A DNA stretch of 64,000 nt from Eledone cirrhosa (Eukaryota): NCBI GenBank assembly GCA_964016885.1, contig OZ024747.1, forward strand, positions 34,968,001-35,032,000, read 5' to 3'. The translations under genes were made by a program, and so were the position numbers. The notes under the pieces are model-generated. The model saw only the letters and a program-made list of their open reading frames with translations, searched no databases and had not been told where the DNA came from. Shown piece by piece: positions 1 through 13,234 of this stretch. Numbering within the stretch: position 1 is the stretch's first letter; each line of letters starts with the position of its first letter.

Positions 1-52
1 GGAAATAATTATAATGATTAAACGATTTATGTTACCTCAGTATCCTATTTTG

Positions 53-88
<36 letters not shown>

Positions 89-95
89 ATGAAAG

Positions 96-208
96 GATGA
101 AAGGCAAAGTTAACCGCGGCGGGAGTTGAACTCAGAACGGCAAGGGCCGTAACTCTATGCGTCAAAGCAAGGCGTCCGACCCTCTTCCGATACTGCCAAT
201 TCACCGCC
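96..208 (-). mobile_element. tRNA-derived SINE, family A (partial)
   Basis: Reverse complement matches the head of the 295-490 copy (GGCGGTGAATTGGCAGTATCGG...GAGTTCAACTCC...GCCTTTCATCC). Confidence 0.85.
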
Positions 209-294
209 CTTGTTATTCATCAAATCTTGTTAGATAATATATACAAATTTCAAATCTCATTACGTACAAAGAAAGATGTTGCTGTTATTATTGA

Positions 295-490
295 TGGCGG
301 TGGATTGGCAGTATCGGTAGAGGGTCAGACGCCATGCTTTGAGGCATAGAGTTACGGCCCTTGCCATTCTGAGTTCAAATCCCGCCGAGGTTATCTTTGC
401 CTTTAATCCTAACGGGGTCAATAAAATAAAGTACCAATAATACACTGGATTAATTGCTGGCCTTGTGCCAACAGTAGAAACAATTATTGA
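295..490 (+). mobile_element. tRNA-derived SINE, family A
   Basis: Pol III A-box-like TGGCAGTATCGG, B-box GAGTTCAAATCC, central GCCTTT(C/A)ATCC..GGGGTC(G/A)ATAAAATAAAGTACCA block and ATT tail; about 8 copies or fragments in the window. Confidence 0.9.
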
Positions 491-1074
491 TGGCACGTGT
501 CCTCATGTAGTTATAGGTTATAACTCTAATTATAATGACGCAATCCTGTAACATTACAATGCCAATGATTCATTAATATCTCAATTGGACAAAAGAATAA
601 TTTGAATAATACTTCAGTTCTTAAACAGTTAGTTTGTTATAATATAAATCATCGCTCTTATTGTCATCATTCGCTGTTGAGAATTGTATCCATTATACTG
701 TTAAATTATTAAGTTACTACAATTATATAAATGAATGGAATATGGCTGTGCTAAATTACAGGAGTGAAATAATTATGCATGATACATTATTTAAAAGAGT
801 AATTCTTTAACTTGAATATATAAATTATCTTTTTAAGAATAATTTAAATAAAATTCTGTTGGAAAGCGTAGAGAAAATGCAATATATTTCTCTACTGTAT
901 AACACTAATGTATCTCCTCGTCAGGTTTAAAAAGAAAACATTTATCCCATCATTACGGACCTCAAAGAATGTTCTTATATTCTGGGCTTTATATTAAAAG
1001 CCCAAACGCGGAGTATCATGAAAAAAAGGTGCCCAGAACAGGGATAAATAAGACATAATGGGAATATTTTATAT

Positions 1075-1263
1075 AATTGTTTCTACTTTTGGAATAAGGC
1101 CAGCAATTGCCCAGTGTATTACTGGTACTTTATTTTATCGACCCCGTAAGGATGAAAGGCAAAGTTAAACTCGGCGGGATTTGAACTCAGAATGGAAAGG
1201 GCCGTAACTCTTTGCCCCAAAGCATGTCGTCCGACCCTCTACCGATACTGCCAATCCACAGCC
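1075..1263 (-). mobile_element. tRNA-derived SINE, family A
   Basis: Reverse complement of the 295-490 copy. Confidence 0.9.
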
Positions 1264-1429
1264 TGAAAGTCATTACAATTAATTATTTTCTATTAAAAAC
1301 TTAAAGGTTAGAAATAATTTGAGCATAGTTGAGCGGATTAAATTGATTAGAAATTATTCATGAGATCCATCTGGTGGTAGAGTTGTGCTTGCGAAAGGGG
1401 GTATAATTCAGAAGTCAATTAGATATATT

Positions 1430-4400
1430 ATACAGTCCAGACTGACAGATTTTTAACGATATACAAATACAACTCCGTTAGTAATTGTATACAACAACTA
1501 CAACGGTACGCAACGGGGCCCACCCACAGCCCCGGCGGACAGAATGGAGAAGGCGTTTCCTCGGGGGACGACAAGGGAGACGCGCTGGAAAAGCCACTCC
1601 AACTTGAGGGCTCACACCTACGGCTGGCTAGCTTCGCGCCTATGGTGGTGAGTAAGGAGGTAGCCCTGGGGTCGAGGACACCAGAAGTCTCCATTGCCAG
1701 GGGTACGACTGCAAACCTGTCGGAGAGCGACCGGTATTTGAGGAGTTTGGCCCCGTCAGCCCGACGAGCAGCAGAACCTGGGTCAGTCCCAGAGTGCACC
1801 AGGTTACGGTTCAGAAAGTGTCGGTGCAAGTGGCATCCCAGACGTGGGGGTTTGCCTTCGCAGAACGGGAAGACGGTCATGCCATCTGCCCTTTTCCTTC
1901 CCCTCGATCCAGCCCCACCGGCTCGAGCTGGGAAGGGAAGCCTGCAGCGTCCAAGCCATGCTTTATGACCTCGTTGAGTGCAGCATGGCGTGGAATGCAG
2001 CCGGTACTGTGGCGACAGGAAGCGAGAGGAGGCCGAAAGATTCCACGGTGGAACATCAGAGACATTGTTGTGGCTGGCAGATCCGGAGGCCGAGCCTCAG
2101 AGAAACACCGATGCGCAGGATATGGTTGTCTAGCTGCGTGCCAGTGGAGAAGGAGGGCAGGGAATGAAGCCAGGCACCACTGACTGTGGGGTTTGGAGGC
2201 CGCACGAAAACAAGCAAGGCGGTGCTGGTCGAGCTGGCGCGTGAGCCTGTCTGAGGCAAAGCTGCACTGGATGGCATCCCAAGTGCGTTGGGGGAGACTT
2301 GACTTCAACAGGAGGAGAAGGAGGAGTGACGTCTACTGGGCTATGTCCCAACCGGTCCCGTCTCACAGGCGGCCACCCGTTCTCTGAACACAGAGGGTTC
2401 TGTTGTGTTTTCAAGAACCCTACTGACGAGGACGCGGCACGTGGTTACCGATGAAAGATACGCCGGCAAAGCCAGTGAGATCGGGGACCGGAGGCCAAGG
2501 CCGCCATACCTGACAGGTAAAGTGGCCTGTGGTCACCCTATGTCATCAAACTTGACGTTGCATATCTCCTCGGCCGCTGCTCGGATACAATTGTCGAGGT
2601 CAGCAAGGAGAGATGTCTGGGGGTAACACGGAGCGGTGCGGTGTCTATAGAGGAGCTTGGGCGTGGCGAAGCAGTTCCTCAACAGAAAGAGAGCTGGGTG
2701 GCCGTCAATCAAGCCCAGTCGGCTCGTAAGAGTCTGGAGTTGTTGAAGCCTGGACCTGATGGAGGAGCTGATGGCCGGCGGGCGGATCGGTGACCCGAGG
2801 ATGAGGACATCCACTTCAGGGGTTACCTGAAGTAGATGTCCTCATCCTCGGGTCACCGATCCGCCCGCCGGCCATCACCTTCACCATCAGGTCCAGGCTT
2901 GAACAGCTCCAGACTCTCAGGAGCCGACTGGGCTTGATTGACGGCCACCCAGCTCTCTCACTGCTGAGGAACTGCTTCGACAGCCGAATTAAATTATGCT
3001 TAAAAAGATCTTCGGGAGTTACCTGAACCAGGCAGATAATGAACCACACGTCCAAGACGGAGGCTGCAAAGCTCGCAACATCGAGGCTGACATACACCAC
3101 CTCCGATTTGGCCAATTTGACCTGGAGGCCGATTCCAGCCAGGGCAAGAACTACCGATTGAAGGTCATGACAGACCGTCCGTACGGGTCCACCCAACGTA
3201 GCATCGTAAGATACCAAAAGTGGAGGGAGGCCGTGATACTCCTGGCGATGTGTTCAATACCAAGGGCGAATAGGAGGGGTCTCAAAGGGTTGCCCTGTTG
3301 GACCCCAGTAGCCGAGGGTATGACCGTATCAGCCACAAGCTGCATGCTCGGAGCTCCATATGGCAGGTACGCCATCGGGTAGGCAGATGGGTCTCGGCTG
3401 AGGCAGACCTCGAGGACATGATCGCGGCCTAAAGAGTTGAAGCCATTACTCATGTCAAGCTTGACAATGAGGTGCCTGGTGTTCCTGGATGCCGGTTCCG
3501 ATGGGCAGCTGTTGAAGAACTGCCTGGTTGCATGAGCGGCACCCTCACAGCTACTGGACACGCCGACACCCAGTTGCACCGGACTAAACTCCTCACCCAG
3601 TTCGTGTGTTACTGACTTGCAGATCACCTTGGTACCCAGCCTCCGGAAGACATTGTCCACAGGAATTGGGCGTATACCACCGTCTTTCTTCCTGGCCGAA
3701 AAAAGAGGCCTCGGGCGTAAGGGTCCAGAGCACCATGGATGAGCCTATTGGTGAGCGCGACAATTGCACACAGAAGCCGGCGCCCGGCCTCAGCGGAGAG
3801 GAGAGATGTCAACTCCCTGAGGTGGCCTGGTCGGAGACCATCAACACCTCCGCAGCTGCTAGCTGGGAAGGACCTGATGGCAGACATGATGTCTGCATCA
3901 GTAGCCGCAAGGAGCAAGTGGGGGTCGGGTGGGGGTATGGGTTTGAGATCAGTGGGTGGCTCAGGGTGTTTGAGAGAGCCAGGACCTCCTCGGTGGGTTG
4001 GAGGAGTGTCCTCTGAGGCAACAACTCTGACTGCGGCCGAGACATCACCCATGATAAGCTTGGCCTTTACCTGGTCACGCAAACGCTTGGCGCTGGCCTC
4101 AGGGTGTGGAGGATAGGGGGTACCTGAAGGTGAGGTGTGTGGGTTCGCTGGGCACGCTTGGAATGGGCGCTCGGGCAAAGGACGAGAGATTGGCCTTGAC
4201 GAAGGTTGCTGTTGACCGGCCACCCCGGTCAGCGCCAGAGCTGGGGAGGCCGTGGACGAGTGGAGCGAAATAGAACAGCTACTCCTAGTCACTGGCTAGA
4301 TTGGAGTCCAGGGCGCTCTCAATCGAGGAAGTGAGGGCATCGTGTACCGGCACCCATGCCGCACTCGGGATTATGAGTGGGATCTTCTGGAGCCGCCTGA

Positions 4401-5130
4401 GCCGAGCGATATTGACCAGCGAGGTTCGGGCGTCAGGCTAGTTCGCTGTCCCATCTGGTGTTGTGCCAGACGGCCGTGGCTGGGAAGACTTGGGGAAGAG
4501 GCATCTGCTGCACATCCACGCTGCGAGGGCATCGGAAGCTCGACGAGTCAAGCCACGCAGGTGAAGTAGTGGAAGCAGCCGCACCTCAAAGAGTTCCAGC
4601 CCCTATCCCGTTTGTTAGTGGTGCTGCAAGTGTTGTAGGTGTCGGTTTGGAGGGGAGGGGGATGGGGCGTGGCGCCGGCCGGGGACTGGGGCTCCGAGCG
4701 GCATCATGTGTAGGTGGAAGGGAAAGTTTTGGTAAGAGGGCCTCATAGCTCACCTATATATATATGGTGGTGTTAGAAAACAAGTGAGAAAAGAAGGGGC
4801 TGCATGGAGGGGTAGACACAGGAAGGTACAATGGCAGTAAATGAATGAGTAAATGGATGGATGTACACAAAAAAGAAAAAAAAGGTGGGGGTGGGGGAGA
4901 AAACAAGGGTTGTACCCAGCGGAAAGCCCCAGAGTTCAGCACTCACACATGCGAGCAACTTAGCAGTTTGTCATAGGACCTAGTGGCTGGAGGTGAGTCA
5001 CTGATGCTGGGGTTGGCTTCCGCTTTTAATGGTAGAGTTGTTGTTGTTAATGTCACTGTTGTCGTCGTTGCCTTCCTCGTGTTAATGGTGAAGATATAGA
5101 GCAAAATACAAAATTCGCCAGCAGACAATT
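1430..5130 (-). mobile_element. Decayed CRE-clade non-LTR retrotransposon (RT plus restriction-like endonuclease), frameshifted
   Basis: Minus-strand ORF fragments: GVDGLRPGHLREL, QLGVGVSSSCEGAAHA, KLDMSNGFNS, ATGVQQGNPLRPLLF (RT); RHAALNEVIK..EPVGLDRG.GK, KYRSLSDRFAVVPLAMETSG (RLE). These motifs are typical of animal CRE elements. Both ends approximate. Confidence 0.85.
2668..2979. repeat. Fold-back inverted duplication (~150-bp arms, GGTTA loop) inside the CRE element
   Basis: 2668-2820 is the imperfect reverse complement of 2826-2979. Confidence 0.9.
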
Positions 5131-5483
5131 ATATAAAAAAGTATCTAGAAATAAAAGTTAACATTTCTGTCTGGGATATAAATATTTGTTTTACATTTTC
5201 GCAAACATCGTAACGATATTCTCAATGGACGTGCTTACAATATATGAATATACCTGAACCGTCGTGTCATTTAAGTTGAAAACTGGATCAAAGTAAAAAT
5301 AGTGAATTTGGAGTGTCAATACCTTGTGTTCTTTTCGTTTTTTTCCAACACCAGACGTACAGGATTTATAGACTCATTTGTTTTTATTTATCCTTCAAAA
5401 GGATGTAGGATTTTTATCTCCTCATGAAACTGACATTACTTAATGATGTTCGTCATCTATGGCTTATTCATATGTATTATTTC

Positions 5484-5671
5484 AATGGATTGGCAGTATC
5501 GGTAGTGGGTAGGACGCAATGCTTTGACGTTAGTGTTACCGCCGTTGTCATTCTGAGTTCAAATCCCGCCGAGGTTAACTTTGCCTTTCATCCTTACGGG
5601 ATCGATAAAATAAAGTACCAGTAATGCACTGGGTATTTGCTGACCTAGTGCCAAAAGTAGAAACAATTATT
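5484..5671 (+). mobile_element. tRNA-derived SINE, family A
   Basis: Matches the 295-490 copy, including B-box and tail. Confidence 0.9.
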
Positions 5672-8125
5672 TCATAACTCTATAGAACGTTCAGAATGTG
5701 TGTGCAGTGTTCTGTGTCTAACCAGGTTTGTACAACAGGTAAGAAAAATGATGATTCGTTTTCATAAACGGCTTCGGAGATTTAAAATGATGACTTGCTT
5801 TGAAGTTATTGTGACAATATAGGAAAAACAAAGATATTCAAAGTTGAATTGGATGTGATGTGTATACAAATCATCATACAATATTTAGAATAAATGTTTA
5901 CTTAGTTGAATTACCAATTCTCAATAATACATATGTATACATAAAAATTGCCAAGCAAATAAGAAGAGAGCTCAAAAACTGGGAAAAATAAAACTAAACG
6001 GTTTCCGTCAAGATATCACATTGATGCAGATAAAAATATACTCGTACATAAAAAAATAATATTTTACTCGTTAGAACCATCAGTCTTCGCGATTCTTCCA
6101 GAAGGATATACTCTTTTAATGTTGAAATATTAAAGAAAATAATATTAATGAAAGTTATACCCATTTTCACAAAAGAAGATATCTCTCACCCACCCCAAAG
6201 TGGTTGGGAGATCTCCCTGTCCAATGGGGAGAGTTGACAGGCCTGTAATATATTTATCGGTTTACACCCACTTCATCTACGAAGTATTTACTGTCTGTTA
6301 GTATGTTTACATTGTATATTAGCTATAGCAACGGTCTTTAATGCTGAAGACACTAATTACAATAATTCAGCTATCAATTCCGTAGTTAAACAAGATATTG
6401 CATAATACAATACTATAATAGTAGCATTTAAAATGAGAATAATGTAGATATTAGACGATTTTTACCATCCTAGCTATTTAATAATATGGCATACTATTTA
6501 AAAAAAACTGCTGTGTATGATTAGAATCTCGTGCTTTTGTACACGATTACTACATGTAAAACACACATAATTATATCTACAGAGACACACTTTGCTAGGA
6601 TACATTGTTAGGTCAGCATTGAATTCTAAGGAACGTTTGTAAGTTTAACTAATATGTCAGTATGCAGACTTGTTATAGCAGACGTAACATACTAGTTACT
6701 CCTGCACATCTTCCTAAGTGTATATCATAAACACAGGTAAAATAAAACGTTCATCCCAGTGATATAAACAATGTGACAATTATATCATATCGTTATGTTG
6801 GAGCACGTATACAATGATTTAATTAATGCCGGCCCGGATACTGCTCAGTGTGCAAATGAGTTTCATCAGCTCATGAACCTAGGTTGACATCTATAATATT
6901 CAACCTTACATTAGTTTCAGCAAAGATGGAGAGATATGTAGTCTCGGTAACAACTAATAAGCCAGAAATGTGTCGATTACTCATCCCTGTTTCTGGTGAG
7001 GCTGGGTGTGTGACGATAATCACAAACATAAAATTTAAGCAAATAATCGGTGCTTTCACCCTTAACGGGATCTTCTGAAACTAACAAAGTCAATATGTGA
7101 ACGCCGAAGTGAATATTTCAAAAAGCGTTGCAACCGGAGGAAGACAGGAAGACGATGCTTTGGTTAGTGGAAACGTTCCCTGGCAAAGAACGGGCAAAAA
7201 CGAATATAATACGTCATTATTTGGAGCGGTGAAAATCAATTACACGCAAAGAAAAAACCACGTTTATGGTATAAAAGGAGTCGTAGACTAATATTCTATT
7301 AGGATGTTCAAAGAGACGTTCTCTTGAAATGAACGGAAAAAACGAAGATAATACGTCTTATGTGGAGCAGGGAGAACAATTGCACGCAAAGACAAAACCA
7401 CGTAAATCGTATAACTGAAGTCGTAGACTAACATTCTAACTAGGAAACCGAAGGATTCTCAGCTTCAAGGTTAAGAATAAAGTAAATAAAATACAGAGGT
7501 AATTGAAATTAAATAAATATATACACGCATCCATATACGTACATACAAGACCATACGCGAAAACACTCACCATAGGTATACAAATACACGCACGTACACA
7601 AAAAAAACAAAAAACCGCTCGCGCATACAGAACCCACCCAACGCCTGTACCCGCACGCATACGAAAGAATACACCAAATACACATAAAAATATATATAAA
7701 AAACAATATATATATATATATGTGTGTGTGTGTGCGTGTATACATATAATTAAATAAACGTATATAAATAAATAAATACGTATATAACAAGCGCACACAC
7801 ATATCTACATGTAAAACCACATATGTACGGAGAAGTACGTGAATCAAAACACAAAGTACACATATACACACACCCTACATACGTACGAATCAGCATACTC
7901 ACACAGACGCAAGACTCAAGTATACACATAACCAAAAACATATGTACCAGAATAAATAATATATACGCCATATCATATACAATGAAATATACGTACGAGA
8001 AGGTATACGTACCTTCACAAAACATACAGGTAATATATACTTACCTATACAAATCAGTAATTGTATAAACATAACATATACTTAGCTACCACATCAAGAC
8101 GTAAAATATCCGCGTATAGTTCTTA

Positions 8126-8548
8126 CTATTCGTTAGGGTAAAATGTGGGGCTGTAATACAGGAAAGTTTTGTGCAATTTATGTTTACAAGCCGAAATTGC
8201 CTCATAATTTTTGTTTAAGATGTGGTCTTTGGCGTAGAGTATTTCCAGGGCCTCAGCGGCGCAGAGGTCACATGGTCTTTTATTTACGTTATACGATCTA
8301 GCCCCAGCTAGGATCTCCCAGTGTAATTTATATTGGGTGTGGTTGTCTTTTAGGATCCATATATAAGCTGAAAGTGACGACATATTCCTTCTTAAAGTGT
8401 AACGAAAAGAATGGGTATGCATGTAAAGACGCTGCTTGAATCTATTGGCGCTTAACCCTATGTAGGCCCTACGGGACGTGGGTGTTTCAACCTTACATTT
8501 GTAGACAATGTTACTAGAGAGGAAATTTCCCGGATAAGGGGCAGTCAA
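8126..8548 (-). pseudogene. PLE GIY-YIG endonuclease fragment
   Basis: IVY...YIG..FKQR..H, C-x2-C, conserved E and LN; frameshifted relative to the upstream ORF. Confidence 0.85.
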
Positions 8549-9850
8549 CCCGATTCGTACAATTACAGTTAGTACGAACTACAGGGATGCACGTGTTCCT
8601 ACGGCTAGGTAGTTTAGCTAAATTTGAAGCTGTGATGTTATGTGTAATGTTAGGAGTCGTAGAGTAAGAAATGTTAATAGTATTTCTATTAAAAATATTA
8701 CTATATTTATGTGTAGGGGGAAAATGCTTCATAATAAGGGAGGGAAATATCTTAGCTAATGGTGTGGCCACCTCCAATTTATATGGTGGGTTATACCATA
8801 TAATGCGTCGGGATCTATTTCTTTTAGGTCTATTCTCGTACTCTGTATATGCTAACTTATTGACAAATCCACTCCGAGCAAGAGATTCATTGTAATATGT
8901 GGAATGGTCGTTGAAAATATGCTCGTTAGTAGATAGACGGGAAAGCCTCAAAGAAACGTTTCTTACCAGGTTCTTGGATATGCTGGCAGGATGGTTAGAA
9001 TGCTTACTTATGTAATTAAGCGTATCATTCGGCTTTCTATACGGGCAATGCAAGCCATTCGATAAATTGAGGGTAAGTCGAGGTAATTAACAACCAAGAG
9101 TTTGGCCTCAACCTGTATGGAGAGCTTGAAGCCTTTAAATAAAGCTGAGTTCTTTTCTGAACCTGTCGTAAGCACGTGGGCCGCACTTAGTCATGGTCAA
9201 AAGACCATCATCACGGTACAAACCACCGCCCACGTTTGGGAATTCTTCCTTGATAGAGAAAAGAAGGAAAAGGCCGATAAGATCAGTAACCTCCGCAGAA
9301 TCGCGGGCGCCCATGCTCACATCGAATGGGGTACAATTAGATTTTTTAATCGAAACAGTGTCGTGGAAATTAATCACCGACTTACGGTCATTGAGGATGA
9401 CACCAACTTCGAAATCCTTAACCACTGTGAGTGTTTTAGCGAAATTGTTAGCTCTAAGGAAAAGTTGTAAAGTGATGGAGGAGTAGTAATTATTGATGTC
9501 GAATTGGATAAAACGGCACTGTTCCTTGTTGCATATACCGTTGAACCAATCAATCGCCGCGAAAGAATTGTTCCACAGTGAAAGAAGGTCCAAACTTCTA
9601 ATTACAGGTATAATTATATCAAGAATACTGATACTAAGTCTATCTAAATCGGATTTCGTAGCGGTAATAAGCAGAATAGAGGGGTTATTCGGAAAATTGG
9701 ATTTGTGATCTTTCAGGGTAAAGTGGGAAGAGATAGGGTCCAGAGGTTCATTCCGGTCCAGGATGTTGAGATCAGAGGTGCTTTTAAACCCAGCATCGTT
9801 GATTTCATTAATGACGCTCCGATTAGTTTTACGGTAATCCTTAGTTACAG
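8514..9850 (-). pseudogene. PLE reverse transcriptase, thumb and linker (frameshifted)
   Basis: ORFs 9135-9593 and 8514-9053, containing YRDD and PYRKPNDTLNYISKHSNHP. Confidence 0.85.
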
Positions 9851-10515
9851 CATTATGTAACAGTTGGTGGTAAGTACTGCAGTTTTGTCGGAATGGACAT
9901 TTTAAAATATATAATTTTATGTGTATTTGGTGTATTCTTTCGCATGCGAGCTGGTACAGGCGTCGCGTGTGTTCTGTATGCGCGTGCGGTTTTTTTTCGT
10001 GTACGTGCGTGTATTTGTATACCTATGGCGAGTGTTTTCGCGTATGCTTGTATATGTACGTATATGGATGCGTGTATGTATTTATTTAATTTCAATGACC
10101 TCTGTATTTTATATACTTTATTCTTAACCTTGAAGCTGAGAATCATTCGGTTTCCTAGTTAGAATTTTAGTCTACGACTTCAGTTATACGATTTACGTGG
10201 TTTTGACTTTGCGTGAATTGTTCTCCCTGCTCCACATATGACGTAATATCTTCGTTTTTTTTCGTTCATTGCCAGAGAACGTCTCTATGAACCACATAAT
10301 AGAATATTAGTCTACGACTCCTTTTATACCATAAACGTGGCTTTGTCTTTGCGTGTAATTGTTTTTCACCGCTCCAAATAATGACGTATTATATTCGTTT
10401 TTTCCAGTTCTTTGCCAGGGAACATTTCCACGAACCAAAGTATCGTGTTCCTGTCTTCCCCCGGTTGCAATGTTTTTTGAAATATTCACTTCTGCGTTCA
10501 CAGATTGACTTTGTT

Positions 10516-10566
10516 AGTTTCAGAAGATCCCGTTATGGGTGAAAGCACCGATTATTTGCTTAAACT
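10516..10566 (+). ncRNA. Hammerhead-like motif with variant core CAGAAGA in the PLE pseudo-LTR (mirror copy at ~7031-7083, minus strand)
   Basis: AGTTT-CAGAAGA-T CCC gttat GGG T-GAAA-GCA ccgattatt TGC-TT-AAACT; stems I, II and III all pair, but U4 is replaced by A. Confidence 0.55.
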
Positions 10567-10577
10567 TTAATCTGTTA

Positions 10578-10635
<58 letters not shown>

Positions 10636-10776
10636 AAAGGAACCAAATTAAAATATATATATTTTTTTAAAATAAGACTCCAGTTGCATTTTCGATTTCA
10701 TCTTATTTTCTTTATACTTTCACTCGTGTAGGACACCTCGGTTATTTTTCATTTTCTAAAAAAACCTCACTTTCTA

Positions 10777-10854
<78 letters not shown>

Positions 10855-10886
10855 CACGGGTGTGTATGCTTGTGTATAGAAGATTA

Positions 10887-11299
<413 letters not shown>

Positions 11300-11339
11300 T
11301 GTGTGTGTGGTGTGTGTGTGTATGTATTTCACTTTCAAT

Positions 11340-12200
11340 GATTCAGCATACCGACAAATCTCAGGTACTGCAATGTGCTCGAAGGTAGCCTCCGCGCCCC
11401 AACATACAACAATTAACATTCCTTTTGACTTAGCCAAACGTATATGCACCATAGTATCAGACTAAACTAAACGGAAACAAAGACTAGATGAACAAAAAAC
11501 ACACTTACCTTAAGAGCTTTCCCACATGACATAATTAATAATGGAATAGACAGAACAAAACACGCAACTGTTCATCACCCCAACTACCACCCAAAGCACA
11601 GAACTGCAATCAATACCTTATCATATGTATCCACTTTCAACCCATGAAACATATTCGACCTCCTACACAAAAAATCCCCATTCTATTTAAAGATGAAGAA
11701 ATGAAAAAAATTCTAGAATCACATAAGATCGATAAAAGTAAAAGGCAACCCAAATCACTAAAACACATTTTCACTGGAACAAATATAAACAAACTAATCT
11801 CCAACCTTACGGTAACAAAATGCAGTAGAACAAACTGTGACCCATGCCTATACTTAATAGAAGGACAAACATTCACATTTAAAGATGGCCAAACTTTTAC
11901 AGTGAAAAACAACTTCACTTGCATCTCAGAGAACCTGATCTACGTAATCACATGCAGTGGATGTCGACATAACTACATAAGGGTATGTCATTACGCAAAA
12001 TAATGACTATCCATCGCCAACAAATCGGAGACGTAAACACAAGAAATATCCCCTTACGTAGCCACATTGCAGATTGTGCAGGAATGACTCTACCCAACTT
12101 TAAATTCACCCCACCCTTTATATTGGCTCAGATTTTTTCAAACAACAACAAAGAATAAATAAATAAAAACTATTTATTAACAGATTAAATATGTAATTAC
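11340..12200 (+). mobile_element. Penelope-like element 3' fragment (Neptune-type Cys linker plus GIY-YIG)
   Basis: [16 protein letters not shown]; KCSRTNCDPCLYL; NNFTCISENLIYVITCSGC..NYI; 5'-truncated in (TA)n/(TG)n. Confidence 0.8.
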
Positions 12201-12674
12201 CCCTATTAGATTCTTTCTCTATCTCTCTCTCTCTCTCTGTCTCTCACTCACACACACACACAGACAAATACACCACGACATAAACAATAAATTGTTCGTA
12301 CACCTAATTTCCAACAATTCCTCAGTGGACGCCATCACTGATACATTGCTCTGTCTTTTTAAATTCCAGCCACAAAAAGACCTGCGACAAACAAACTAAA
12401 GGGCGCACGCACACACTCACACGCACACTCACACACGCACCACACTACAAACACAAACACAAACACAAACATTTATATATATATATATATGTATATACAT
12501 GTGTCCCCAAAAATATATCTCTTAAACTTTATAATCTTCCCCCTATATAAGTGTTCAGATACTTTCACACAACAAGGAATGAATAGAGAAAAACTATTTA
12601 ACAGATTTAAACCAATATTAAATATGTATTTCAAATTAGATTCTCTCTCTCACTCCCGTCTCTCTCTCACTCCC

Positions 12675-12740
<66 letters not shown>

Positions 12741-12765
12741 CACTCTCTCTCTCCATCTCTCTCTA

Positions 12766-12796
<31 letters not shown>

Positions 12797-13130
12797 AACA
12801 GCAGGAAATAAAAAATAAATTGTTCATACACATATTTTCCAAAACTTCCTGATTGAAAGCTGTCACTGAAGCCATGCTCTGTTTTTTTTTTAGTTTCCCC
12901 AATCCAAAAAAACAAATACATATATACATATGCCCCAAAAATATTCCTCTCAGTTTTGATCCTTTTACAATTACAATAAGACACACACGCACGCACGCAC
13001 GCACACACACACACACCACATACACCCACACGCACACACACAAACACACACACAGACACACACACACACATATATATATATATGTTGATATACACACTCA
13101 CACATACGCACTCATACTCACTAAAACCAT
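12200..13130 (+). repeat. Diverged direct repeat downstream of the PLE (possible tandem pseudo-LTR remnant) with microsatellites
   Basis: AATAAATTGTTC(G/A)TACA..TTTCCAA..TTCCT..TCACTGA..TGCTCTGT at ~12286 and ~12815, each preceded by TTAGATTCT and (CT)n(CA)n. Confidence 0.5.
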
Positions 13131-13234
13131 ATTCCTGAAATAGAATTTCTTTTGACAATCCCATTTGCCTATTTAATTTAACTCTCTTCCCTATAGCAAT
13201 TGACTGATGAAATGACAAGACAGTTAATCATATT

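Larger units (their letters stand above)
7031..10568 (-). mobile_element. Penelope-like element (RT plus C-terminal GIY-YIG), 5'-truncated, with an inverted pseudo-LTR; possibly Hydra clade
   Basis: RT motifs FIQFDINNYYSSI, FDVSMGARDSAEVTDLIG, GLYRDDGL; linker WYNPPY...IFNRNTINISYS, CNC...CPLSG; endonuclease NIVYKCKV...AYIGLSANRFKQR...CDLC. 7031-7690 is the reverse complement of 9905-10568. Clade assignment is from memory of motifs, not a tree. Confidence 0.9.

Noticed and set aside
295-400. Functional tRNA genes at SINE heads
   Set aside because: No complete cloverleaf; each continues into a shared SINE body and tail.
6985-7020. Second Helitron 3' end (TTTCTGGTGAGGCTGGGTGTG)
   Set aside because: Resembles 49708-49737, but the hairpin and CTAG are too degenerate to call.
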